Assembly (NCBI GenBank): GCA_964483325.1 | Contig: CAZAAW010000002.1 | Span: 88,226-152,225 of the forward strand | Reading direction: 5' to 3' | Source: an uncultured Hyphomicrobiales bacterium | Lineage (GTDB): Bacteria; Pseudomonadota; Alphaproteobacteria; Rhizobiales; Kaistiaceae | DNA: 64,000 nucleotides | In this document: piece after piece, positions 56,558 through 64,000 of the stretch | Numbering within the stretch: the first letter of the stretch is position 1 | Layout of the letters: every line of letters begins with the position of its first letter | The notes under the pieces: model-generated | The model's database searches: none | What the model saw: the letters and a program-made list of their open reading frames with translations, nothing else | Told to the model about the DNA's origin: nothing | Program-made: the position numbers and the translations under genes

Positions 56558-57457
56558 CTATTCGACGACCTGGTACTCGACGCGGCGGTCGAAGGCGAAG
56601 ATCTGGTCCTCGCTGTACTTGCTGGCGTCGTCGGGCGTGAACGGCTCCGACTCGCCGCGGGCGCTGATCTCGATCGGCATCCGGTAGCCGAGCTGCTTCA
56701 GGTAGTCGGCGACGCTGCGCGCCCGGCGGTCGGAGAGGTCGAGATTATACTGGTCCGAGCCACGCGGGTCGGTATGGCCGATGATCACCAGCTTGGCCGC
56801 CGGCACATCCTTGACGTAGTCGAAGATGTTCTGGACAGCGGCAATGCCGGCCGAGGTCAGGTCCGCCGATCCGGTATCGAACTGCACCGGCACCGGCACG
56901 GAGGTGGCGGTGAAGGTGCGGAAATGCGGGTCGGCGAGGCCGCTGACGCGGCCGCGGAAGGCACGGCTGGCGATGAAGGTCGGCGCCAGAGCGCGTGCCT
57001 GGACGGCGCGCTTGTAGGTCCGCTGCTCGACATCGGCGGGCGGCGCCTGCGGATTGGCGGCCGTGTCGCGCATGTCGTCGAGCGCCTCCTCATAGGTGGC
57101 GACGGCGCTCGCCCATTCCTCGCGGTCGTAATAGGCGTCGCCGAGGGCGACGAGCACCTGCCACGGCCGGCCATAGCGCGTCACGGCGCTGATGTCGGCC
57201 GGGGCAACGTCTGTTTGCAGCTCCGTCAGGGCGATGCGCGCCATCATGCGGCCGATCTGGCTGCGGAAATTGGCGTCGCAGGTGGGATCGCCCTGCATGG
57301 TCTGGAAGAGGCCGTCGAAGCGCTCGATGGAGCGCGACTGAAGCGCCGAGGTGATGTCGTCGTTCAGGGCGGCGCATTCGGCAGCCGCCGGACCCGCCGA
57401 CAGCGCCAGAAGCGCCATCGGCAGGGCGGCGGCCGCCCACAGGCGGGCAGCGCGCAT
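56558..57457 (-). CDS. secreted OmpA-C-like peptidoglycan-binding protein
   Basis: Signal peptide (ALPMALLALSAGPAAAE). C-terminal OmpA motif LVIIGHTDPRGSDQYNLDLSDRRARSVADYL. Its start is 1 nt after the stop of the upstream gene. Confidence 0.85.
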   Translation of the reverse strand: MRAARLWAAAALPMALLALSAGPAAAECAALNDDITSALQSRSIERFDGLFQTMQGDPTCDANFRSQIGRMMARIALTELQTDVAPADISAVTRYGRPWQVLVALGDAYYDREEWASAVATYEEALDDMRDTAANPQAPPADVEQRTYKRAVQARALAPTFIASRAFRGRVSGLADPHFRTFTATSVPVPVQFDTGSADLTSAGIAAVQNIFDYVKDVPAAKLVIIGHTDPRGSDQYNLDLSDRRARSVADYLKQLGYRMPIEISARGESEPFTPDDASKYSEDQIFAFDRRVEYQVVE

Positions 57458-57458
57458 C

Positions 57459-60218
57459 TTACTGCACCTGCAGCTTGATCGCCGAGCGCACGACGATGTC
57501 GTCGGCGGCCGGCGGGGCCGGCGGAGCCGCAGCGGGGATCTGCTGCTGCTGGGCGGCGGCCTCGATGATGATCTGGCGGGTGCGGGTCACCTGCTGGGCA
57601 ATATGCTGCTCATAATTGCCGATGTCGGTGAACTGCGCCTGCCGGAAGTTGTGCTGGATGTCGTCGACCGGCTTGTTCAGCACGCTGCATACCGCGATCA
57701 CCGTCTCCTCGCCATGATCCCGGAAGCGGAACTGGTAGGGAGCGCCGGCCGCCGGGAACTGGAAGTCCCTGCCGGCGACGATGGCATTGTTCTGCTCGAA
57801 GCTGTTCGGGTACAGCACCGTCGCCGTGCCCTTGCCGTCGACATTGATCAGCGTCAGGTAGCAGTCACGCTTGGTGCTGATGGTGAACACCGGCAGGTCA
57901 CCGACGCGGTAGGCGGCGGCGTTGGCGGTGATGGCGAAGTCGAAGTTGTGCGCGACGTCCGGCGCGGCGATCTGCGCGACGGTGACGACCGGCACCGGCC
58001 CGACCTCCTGCTTGAGGCTGGCAAGGTCCAGCATCTCGTCGTCGGAGACGCGCTCGACGAGGGCCGAGAACAGCCCCTCGAGATTGTCGCGCGGCACCAG
58101 GCCCTGGTCGAGACGCCGCTGCAGGCGGACGGCTTCGTCGGTGCCGGCGGTGGCCAGCGAGGCCTCGAACTCCTCCAACGGCTGGCCGAACTCGGCAGCC
58201 ACGAGACGAAGGTCGACGGCGCTTTCGAACTTGTTCGACAGCGCGTTGATCATCTCGACGCCGTTGAGTTTCAGCGTCGGATCAAGGCCGGCGGCCCGCA
58301 TCGCATTGATGAAGCGCTGCGTGTCGCCTTCCAGCAGGGCGTCCATCCTGTCATGGGGCGGATAGAGCGCCGCCACGGCCTCGCGTGCCGCCCGCGGGAA
58401 GGTGCGGCTGGCGAGAACCTGATCGCGGACCTCGTCGCGCGCCTTGCGGATGCCCTGGTCGTGGCAGCCCATGCAGGAGATGCCGTTGGTCACCGTCAGG
58501 TCGCGCCGCGAGATGTCGCGGACGATCGTCGTCGGACCCTTGGGAATGTGCGCGCCGGCCGACGTGTTCAGGTAGTAGCCCTGGAAGCCGTTCGGCAGGG
58601 AGAAGATCGACTCGCCGCCATCATGATGGAAGGCGAACTCGCCGTCGCCCGGCCCGAGCGGGAACTCGAACAGGCTCTGCCGCTCCCTGTTGCCGGCGAA
58701 GTCGTAGGAGGTCCAGAGGTAGCCGGTGCTGATCGGATGACGCTCGATCAGGCGGTTGTTCTGCGACACGCCCGACTGCTGGAAGGCGGCGCGCTGGGCG
58801 ATGAACCGGTTCAGATTGCCGGCGATATCGACATTCAGGTAGCGCTCGAACTCGGAAAAGTCGCTTGCCACGCCGTTGGCCGGCAGCCCGAGCAGCTGTT
58901 CGTAGAGCGGCGGCTGGGCGGCGGTGAAGGCGAACCAGTCGCCCCGGATATAGGGCAGCAGCGTCAGCGTCGCCGACGACACGAAGTCGAACATCGGGCT
59001 GTCGGGCTTGCTGGCATAGGGATAGACCGAGATGAGCTTGTCCCAGTCGGTCGCCGACCAGCCGACATCCTTCAGATTGAAGCGGATGATCGTCCCGGCG
59101 TCGTTGATGGCCTCGAGGCGCACGACGTCGGAGACGCGCGACAGCGAGTTCAGCAGCTTCACGACGGCCTGGCGATAGACCTCCATCTCCTGGTCGCTGG
59201 AGCAGGCATTGTAGAGATGCGTCAGCGTGATGTAGCGCGTGTCGGCAATGCGCGTCGGCGGCAGGTTCTGGATGTCCCGGGCCATGGCCTCGGTCTCCAT
59301 CACCGGCGTGATGAACTCGCGCGTGCTGCAGGCGGCCGCAACGTTGGCGCCGAGCGATTCGACCCAGGTGCGCAGGGCCGCGACATCCGCTTCCGTCGGC
59401 GGCTCGCCGCTGAACTCGTAGAAGACATCATACGGCATTTCCTGGTTGAGGATCTGCTGGATGAGCTTGGAGCCGTCGGGATTGCCGGGGGCGATGCGCA
59501 CCGGGTCTGCGGCGATCTCGTCGAGATGCAGGATATTGCCGAAATTCTTCGCCGGCTTGGCACGGCCGCCGAGCATGCCGTCCTGGTGGCAGCGGGCGCA
59601 GTGGCGGTCCAGCACGTCGAAGGCGGCGGCGGCGATTGGATCGGCCGGGCGCTCGATGCCCGGCGGCAGGGCTGCCACGTTAACCGGCGCTGCCGGGGCG
59701 GCCGGTGCTGCCGGAGCGGCGACCGCGGGCGGCGCGTCCGCCGGGCCGACGACGCCCGGGATCTCGATGCCGTCGAGCGGATCACCGGCCGGCGCGGCCG
59801 GCTGCTGCGCGATGGCCGGCGGAGCGGCAGGCGCATCAGCCGGCTGATCGATAACGCCGGGAATCTCGATGCCGGCGAGCGGATCGTCGTCCGGCGCGTC
59901 AGGCTGCTGCGCAATCGCCGGCGGAGCGGCGGGCGCATCGGCCGGCTGGTCGACGACGCCGGGGATCTCGATACCGGCCAGCGGGTCGTCGTCCGGCGCA
60001 TCGGCGGCCGGTCCGTCGACGACGCCGGGAATGTTGATGCCGGCGAGCGGATCGTCGGCGGGGGCGGCGGAGGCGCCGGGCTCGACCGTCAGCTGGCGCG
60101 GCGGCTGGGCGCCGTTCGCCGGCGGGTCGTCCTGCGCCAGCACCGCCGTCGCGGTGATGGCGACCGTGCCGCTGAGCAGCAGCGCGGTGCAGGTTATCTT
60201 TGCGTATCGGGCAAACAT
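57459..60218 (-). CDS. secreted 919-aa protein with Pro/Ala-rich tandem repeats, two CxxCH haem-c motifs and a C-terminal DUF4384-like domain
   Basis: Start taken at MFARYAKIT (ATG at 60218, with GGAGG 5 nt upstream). The signal peptide ends AVLAQ. CARCH is at 59586-59600 and CMGCH at 58461-58475. The C-terminal VGDLPVFTISTKRDCYLTLINVDGKGTATVLYPN pattern is also present. Confidence 0.8.
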   Translation of the reverse strand: MFARYAKITCTALLLSGTVAITATAVLAQDDPPANGAQPPRQLTVEPGASAAPADDPLAGINIPGVVDGPAADAPDDDPLAGIEIPGVVDQPADAPAAPPAIAQQPDAPDDDPLAGIEIPGVIDQPADAPAAPPAIAQQPAAPAGDPLDGIEIPGVVGPADAPPAVAAPAAPAAPAAPVNVAALPPGIERPADPIAAAAFDVLDRHCARCHQDGMLGGRAKPAKNFGNILHLDEIAADPVRIAPGNPDGSKLIQQILNQEMPYDVFYEFSGEPPTEADVAALRTWVESLGANVAAACSTREFITPVMETEAMARDIQNLPPTRIADTRYITLTHLYNACSSDQEMEVYRQAVVKLLNSLSRVSDVVRLEAINDAGTIIRFNLKDVGWSATDWDKLISVYPYASKPDSPMFDFVSSATLTLLPYIRGDWFAFTAAQPPLYEQLLGLPANGVASDFSEFERYLNVDIAGNLNRFIAQRAAFQQSGVSQNNRLIERHPISTGYLWTSYDFAGNRERQSLFEFPLGPGDGEFAFHHDGGESIFSLPNGFQGYYLNTSAGAHIPKGPTTIVRDISRRDLTVTNGISCMGCHDQGIRKARDEVRDQVLASRTFPRAAREAVAALYPPHDRMDALLEGDTQRFINAMRAAGLDPTLKLNGVEMINALSNKFESAVDLRLVAAEFGQPLEEFEASLATAGTDEAVRLQRRLDQGLVPRDNLEGLFSALVERVSDDEMLDLASLKQEVGPVPVVTVAQIAAPDVAHNFDFAITANAAAYRVGDLPVFTISTKRDCYLTLINVDGKGTATVLYPNSFEQNNAIVAGRDFQFPAAGAPYQFRFRDHGEETVIAVCSVLNKPVDDIQHNFRQAQFTDIGNYEQHIAQQVTRTRQIIIEAAAQQQQIPAAAPPAPPAADDIVVRSAIKLQVQ
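59748..60056 (-). repeat. in-frame tandem repeat encoding four DPL(A/D)GI(E/N)IPGV(V/I) units separated by Pro/Ala-rich spacers
   Basis: DDPLAGINIPGVVDGPAADAPD / DDPLAGIEIPGVVDQPADAPAAPPAIAQQPDAPD / DDPLAGIEIPGVIDQPADAPAAPPAIAQQPAAPAG / DPLDGIEIPGVV. Two central units of about 100 nt are near-identical. Confidence 0.8.
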
Positions 60219-60295
60219 CGTCGCCTCCATTCGGCTCAAGCAGATTTGAGGCTCAAGACCTCTGTTGCGGGGTCCGCATGGCTCGGTTCGTTCTT

Positions 60296-61783
60296 CTATT
60301 TTATTTCATAGCGCAGCACGGCCACCGACCAGTCATGCGAAACCGTCGGCTCGGTCACGGCTGCCGTCTGGGCAGGTGCGTTGAGGGCTGCGGCAATGGC
60401 CGGCAGGAACTCCTGCGTCGCCTCCTGCCGCGGAATGACCTCGATGCTGCGGGTCTTGACGGTCGGCGGCATCTCCACCGGGCCGTTGGTAACAAGGGCG
60501 ATCAGCGTGCCGCGCGACGGCGAGGTGGCATCGAAGCTGATGCCGTAATAGGCGTCCGGCACGGTGATCGGGCTGTTCGGCAGGATGACGCCAACGCGGC
60601 CGTCGCGGCGCGTGTGCTCGTTGGGGAAGAGCTGCACCAGCGTGCCGTCGTCCGACAGGTCGAGCAGCACCAGGTCGCCCTCGACCGGGCTGGTGACGGT
60701 GAAGCGGATATTGCGCGTGCCGAGCCGCACCGGCGACGGCGGGTCCTGGCTGAGCGTGACGTTGAGCGTGTTGCCCTTGCCGAAATAGTCGAGGATCTGG
60801 TCGGTGGTCAGCATCGGCGGCTCCGCCTGCGCCACGGCAACCACCGGCGCCGGCGCGAGAAGCGTGCTGCCGGCCGCGGCGGCGGGGCCGAGCGTCGGCG
60901 TCAGGCCGAGCGAGCAGCCCTCGACCGTCGCGCAGGCCTGCTGCGCCTGGTCGCGCAGATAGGCCAGCACTTCGGCATTGGAGACGGTGCCGTTGCCATT
61001 GGCGTCGGCGCCGGCCTGGGCGAGGGCGGCAACGAAAGCCGCGGTGAAGACACCCTCGCCGTCGGCGACGAGGGCCGTCTGGCCGCCGGCGGCGGCGGTG
61101 AAGACGGCGACGTCGCCGGACAGGCGATCGGTATCGAGGGCCGGACCTTCCGCCTTCTGCGCCTGCGCCGCCGGCTCGACGACGATCGAGCGGGTACGGT
61201 TGGCGATGATCGGGGCGCGGAAAGCGGCGCTCGGCGTGAAGGAGGTTTCCGCGTCGGCGGTCACGACGCCGGAATAGCCGGCATCGATCACCACCGACAC
61301 CTTGCGTCCAGTCATGGCGTCGATGAGCAGATTGAGCTCGTCGTCGCTGATCATGCCGGTGACGGCGCTGCCGACCACCTTGGCGTCGAAGGGCACCAGC
61401 GTCTCGTCGAGGCCGTCGGCCTCGTCGCCATCGTCGTCCGGCTGGAAGTAGCCGTAGCCGGAATAATAGAGAAAGACCCGCTCGCCCGGCTTGGTGCCGC
61501 TGACCAGCCAGTCGGTGATCGCCGACTTGATCCCCTCCAGCGTCGCCTCCTCGTTGGCGACGACGCGGATGTCGCTGTCGCCGTAGCCCAGCGTCTCGGT
61601 CAGGAGGCGCTGCACGGCGGCGATGTCGCGGCCGGCCGTGCCGAGCCCGGCGCTGCCCAGGGCGCTGTCGGCATAATGGTCGATGCCGATGAGAAGGGCG
61701 CGGTCGGCAAGGGCCGGCACGGCGGCCGCCGCCAGCATGGCGGCCGCTGCCGCACCCGAGAGGAGGAAGCGCCGGAGCGACAT
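60296..61783 (-). CDS. secreted pseudo-caspase (peptidase C14 fold, catalytic His and Cys both replaced) with an EF-hand loop and a DUF4384-like C-terminal domain
   Basis: Start at MSLRRFLLSG; the ATG shares one base with the upstream TAA. RALLIGIDHY, YYSGYGYF (Tyr at 61454-61456 where His is expected) and VIDAGYSG (Gly at 61277-61279 where Cys is expected). The first ~375 aa of the 870-aa track ORF are a shadow frame over the upstream gene. Confidence 0.8.
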   Translation of the reverse strand: MSLRRFLLSGAAAAAMLAAAAVPALADRALLIGIDHYADSALGSAGLGTAGRDIAAVQRLLTETLGYGDSDIRVVANEEATLEGIKSAITDWLVSGTKPGERVFLYYSGYGYFQPDDDGDEADGLDETLVPFDAKVVGSAVTGMISDDELNLLIDAMTGRKVSVVIDAGYSGVVTADAETSFTPSAAFRAPIIANRTRSIVVEPAAQAQKAEGPALDTDRLSGDVAVFTAAAGGQTALVADGEGVFTAAFVAALAQAGADANGNGTVSNAEVLAYLRDQAQQACATVEGCSLGLTPTLGPAAAAGSTLLAPAPVVAVAQAEPPMLTTDQILDYFGKGNTLNVTLSQDPPSPVRLGTRNIRFTVTSPVEGDLVLLDLSDDGTLVQLFPNEHTRRDGRVGVILPNSPITVPDAYYGISFDATSPSRGTLIALVTNGPVEMPPTVKTRSIEVIPRQEATQEFLPAIAAALNAPAQTAAVTEPTVSHDWSVAVLRYEIK

Positions 61784-63384
61784 TACTGGTCTCCCGAGGT
61801 GTAGATGCCGACAAGGCCGACCTGGAACTTCGTGTCGCCGAGGACCGTCGCCAGCGTCGAGGCAAGACCGGTGGCGCGGTCGGCGGTGCCCATCGTCCGC
61901 AGCGCCGCATGGAGGGCCGTGGCCGGCTCGGCGGTCAGGATGGCAACCAGATGCTCGGCGCCGAAGGGCGGATCCTGGACGCGCAGGCGCTGGCTCATCT
62001 CCTGGCCGGTCCAGTCGGTCAGCGTCTCCTCGCGGTTCTGCGGGATGAAGAATTCCACCCGGCCGTTGGGCGGCAGGTTGAACAGCGTCAGGTAGGGCAG
62101 CGTCGCCCCGCTCATGCGGAACTCGACGATGTCGCCGCGGCGGTTGACCTGGTTGCCGCTGGTCAAGGTCAGCGACAGCGGGTCGGCGGCGGCATGCGCC
62201 TTGAGATAGGCCAGTGCCGACCATTTCGAGAGCACGGCGGCAATGCCGTCGGGGCCGATCTGCTCGGCGACGCGGCCGCCGATGCGGTGGTCGACAGTGC
62301 CGGCGGCGACGTCCCAGATGAGGTCGGCCTCGGCTTCGTCGGTCGTCTGGGCGACGCCGGTCATTTCCGGCAGCGCCGCGTCGCCGCGGACGAGGACGCG
62401 CACCAGGATATCCTGCGGCGTCGTGGCGACGGTCGGCGCCTCGATGCTGCGATTGATGCGGATGACGGGCTTGGCGTCGGCGCCCAGCGGCAGCACGGAC
62501 GGGATCTGCTGGTTCTCGGCCTGGGTCTCGACCGTCGGCACCAGATAGGACAGCAGCTCCTGCTGGCTGAGGGCGCCGTCGCCATCCTTGTCGGCGGCGC
62601 CTTCGAGGGCGCGCGAGAAGGCCCAGCTGAGGGCGCCGCGCGGCTTGCCGTCGATCGTCAGCTCCGGCGTCAGCCGCCCCTCCTGGGTGGCGCCGATGAA
62701 GGTGACGGCCGAGAAATCCTCCTCGCCCATCTGGGCGAATTGCGGCCCGGGCAGCCGCAGCAGGTCGTCGGTCAGCGACGGATCCTCGAACGTGCCGGTG
62801 CGGTAGCGCACGGTGCGGCTGGAAATGTCGCGATACATCGTGCCGGAATGGCAGGAATCGGCGACGAACACGACCTCCAGGCCCTTGTCGTCGCCGGCCT
62901 TCAGCCACTCGAACATCTCGTCGTCGACGATGCGCTCCAGCGAGCCGGGGCCGCTCGGCGTATAGCCGCCAAGGAGGAAATTCTCGTTGAGGCCGTCCTC
63001 CTCGAAGTGCTGGCCCGGCGGCTCCGGCTCCTGGCTGCCATGACCGGCATAGGAGAAGATGACGGTGTCGCCGGGCTGCGCGGCATTGATCAGCCGGAAC
63101 CAGTTCTCCTGGATGGCGGCCTTGGTGGCCTGTGCGTCGGTGAGCAGCACGACTTCGGAAGCGCCGGCCTTGCGCAGCGTCTCGGCGATATCCTGCGCGT
63201 CGTTGACGGCGCCGAAGAGATCGTTGGCCGTGCCGACATAGTCGTCGATGCCGATGACGAGGCCGTAGGTGGCCGCCGCTGCCGGGAGAGCCGGAAGCGC
63301 CGCCGCGGCGAGACCGGCAAAGCCGATCAGCGGCGCGGCCCTTCGCATCCTGCGCAGCGATCCCATTAGCGTCGTCATGGACAT
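61783..63384 (-). CDS. secreted caspase-like cysteine protease (peptidase C14) with an EF-hand loop and a DUF4384-like C-terminal domain
   Basis: Signal peptide (APLIGFAGLAAAALPALPAAAA). YGLVIGIDDY, SYAGHGSQ (His codon 63040-63042) and VADSCHSG (Cys codon 62851-62853). EF-hand DKDGDGALSQQE. C-terminal GDIVEFRMSGATLPYLTLFNLPPNGRVEFFIPQN. Confidence 0.85.
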   Translation of the reverse strand: MSMTTLMGSLRRMRRAAPLIGFAGLAAAALPALPAAAATYGLVIGIDDYVGTANDLFGAVNDAQDIAETLRKAGASEVVLLTDAQATKAAIQENWFRLINAAQPGDTVIFSYAGHGSQEPEPPGQHFEEDGLNENFLLGGYTPSGPGSLERIVDDEMFEWLKAGDDKGLEVVFVADSCHSGTMYRDISSRTVRYRTGTFEDPSLTDDLLRLPGPQFAQMGEEDFSAVTFIGATQEGRLTPELTIDGKPRGALSWAFSRALEGAADKDGDGALSQQELLSYLVPTVETQAENQQIPSVLPLGADAKPVIRINRSIEAPTVATTPQDILVRVLVRGDAALPEMTGVAQTTDEAEADLIWDVAAGTVDHRIGGRVAEQIGPDGIAAVLSKWSALAYLKAHAAADPLSLTLTSGNQVNRRGDIVEFRMSGATLPYLTLFNLPPNGRVEFFIPQNREETLTDWTGQEMSQRLRVQDPPFGAEHLVAILTAEPATALHAALRTMGTADRATGLASTLATVLGDTKFQVGLVGIYTSGDQ

Positions 63385-63474
63385 GGCGATCCGTACCGGT
63401 TGAGGTGCCAGCGGATTACGGCCGGCACCATGAACGCGTGCTGAATAGGCGGGAGCCGTCGCCGGCGCCCGGAC

Positions 63475-64000
63475 TTACTGCGCCTGCGCCGCTTCCGGCT
63501 CCGCCGCTGCCGCGGCCGGCGCCGAGGTGATCGGCGGCCGGCTCATCAGGTAAGCGACGATGGCCTTCTGGTCCGCCTCCGGCAGGGCCTGCAATTCGCG
63601 CAGCACCTTGCCCATGCCGCCGCTGGAGATCGGCTTGCCGTCGGCATTGAGGCCGAACATGAAGACGTTGAACATGAAGTCGTCCAGCGTCAGCTTGCCG
63701 ATGCCGGTTTCCTTGTCCGGCGTCAGGTTGGGAACCGAACCGCGGCCTTCCAGCGACGGTCCGCCCGCCAGCTCGCGGCTCTCGTCAGGGCCGAGGATGA
63801 GGTTGCGCGGCGTATGGCACTCGCCGCAATGGCCGGGACCGCGCACCAGATAGGCGCCGTGGTTGACCTCCTCGCTGGCATCGGGGTCGGGCTCGAAGGT
63901 CTTGCCGTCGATATAGAGGAGCTTCCACAGGCCGACGCCGCGCCGGATGTTGAACGGGAACGGCAGGTCGGTTGCCGGCGGCTGGTTGGCGACCGGCGGC
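63475..64000 (-). CDS. c-type cytochrome, C-terminal part of a multihaem dehydrogenase-type cytochrome c subunit; 5' end outside the window
   Basis: The frame stays open to nt 64000 (PPVANQPPATDLPFPFNIRRGVGLWKLLYIDGKTFEPDPDASEEVNHGAYLVRGPGHCGECHTPRN). This pattern is typical of the third haem domain of membrane-bound alcohol/gluconate dehydrogenase cytochrome subunits. Confidence 0.75.
   Translation of the reverse strand, partial: PPVANQPPATDLPFPFNIRRGVGLWKLLYIDGKTFEPDPDASEEVNHGAYLVRGPGHCGECHTPRNLILGPDESRELAGGPSLEGRGSVPNLTPDKETGIGKLTLDDFMFNVFMFGLNADGKPISSGGMGKVLRELQALPEADQKAIVAYLMSRPPITSAPAAAAAEPEAAQAQ

Noticed and set aside
59748-60056. Repetitive DNA that could be mistaken for a CRISPR-like or VNTR array
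   Set aside because: The repeats are in frame inside a long ORF and encode a peptide repeat. There are no unique spacers, and no cas genes are present in the window.
57351-60311. 986-aa plus-strand ORF antisense to the dihaem repeat protein
   Set aside because: It is a shadow frame, Arg/Gly-rich throughout. The minus-strand product has a signal peptide, an RBS, CxxCH motifs and a recognisable C-terminal domain.
61784-62908. N-terminal ~375 aa of the 870-aa track ORF 60296-62908, which would fuse sequence over the caspase gene to the pseudo-caspase
   Set aside because: That part is an Arg/Pro/Gly-rich alternative frame of the active caspase gene. A clean start (MSLRRFLL plus a signal peptide) sits at 61783, coupled to the upstream TAA.

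Overview
This is a 64-kb, very GC-rich chromosomal segment. Hand-counted 60-nt lines are mostly 70-78 % G+C. Gene content and order look alphaproteobacterial, Rhizobiales-like. I support about 60 protein-coding genes, one tRNA-Gly(GCC), three copies of a REP/RIME-like palindromic repeat, two sigma-54-type promoters at glnK/amtB, and a few intrinsic terminators. I saw no rRNA, CRISPR array, transposase, integrase or phage gene.

Most of the window is housekeeping:
- an RND efflux operon
- a CpxP-like protein plus two-component module
- glnK-amtB, ftsK, lolA, xthA, gpsA-tsaD
- hemC-hemD-mic60-like-hemY
- argG and typA

Two loci in the last 16 kb stand out.

1. 48.9-52.4 kb: a TPP-dependent E1 alpha/beta dehydrogenase pair. 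The alpha subunit carries a textbook twin-arginine (Tat) export signal. There is no E2 or E3 gene. It is followed by a zinc-ribbon ORF and two paralogous secreted monohaem cytochromes c. The whole locus sits in a compositionally distinct block of lower GC. I read it as a candidate periplasmic TPP-enzyme:cytochrome c redox system.

2. 56.6-63.4 kb, minus strand: a tightly coupled four-gene operon whose products all carry signal peptides. It encodes an intact C14 caspase-like protease, a paralogous pseudo-caspase that has lost both catalytic residues, a 919-aa dihaem protein with Pro/Ala-rich tandem repeats, and an OmpA-like peptidoglycan anchor. Both caspase paralogues have canonical EF-hand loops. 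The first three proteins share a DUF4384-like C-terminal domain.

Smaller points of interest are a UdgX-type (KRRLH loop) uracil-DNA glycosylase, an MMPL transporter next to a WS/DGAT-like ORF, an enlarged MBOAT with an SGNH/DltD-like partner, and a vapBC pair. Many long Arg/Gly/Ala-rich ORFs in the track are GC-driven shadow frames, and I rejected them.
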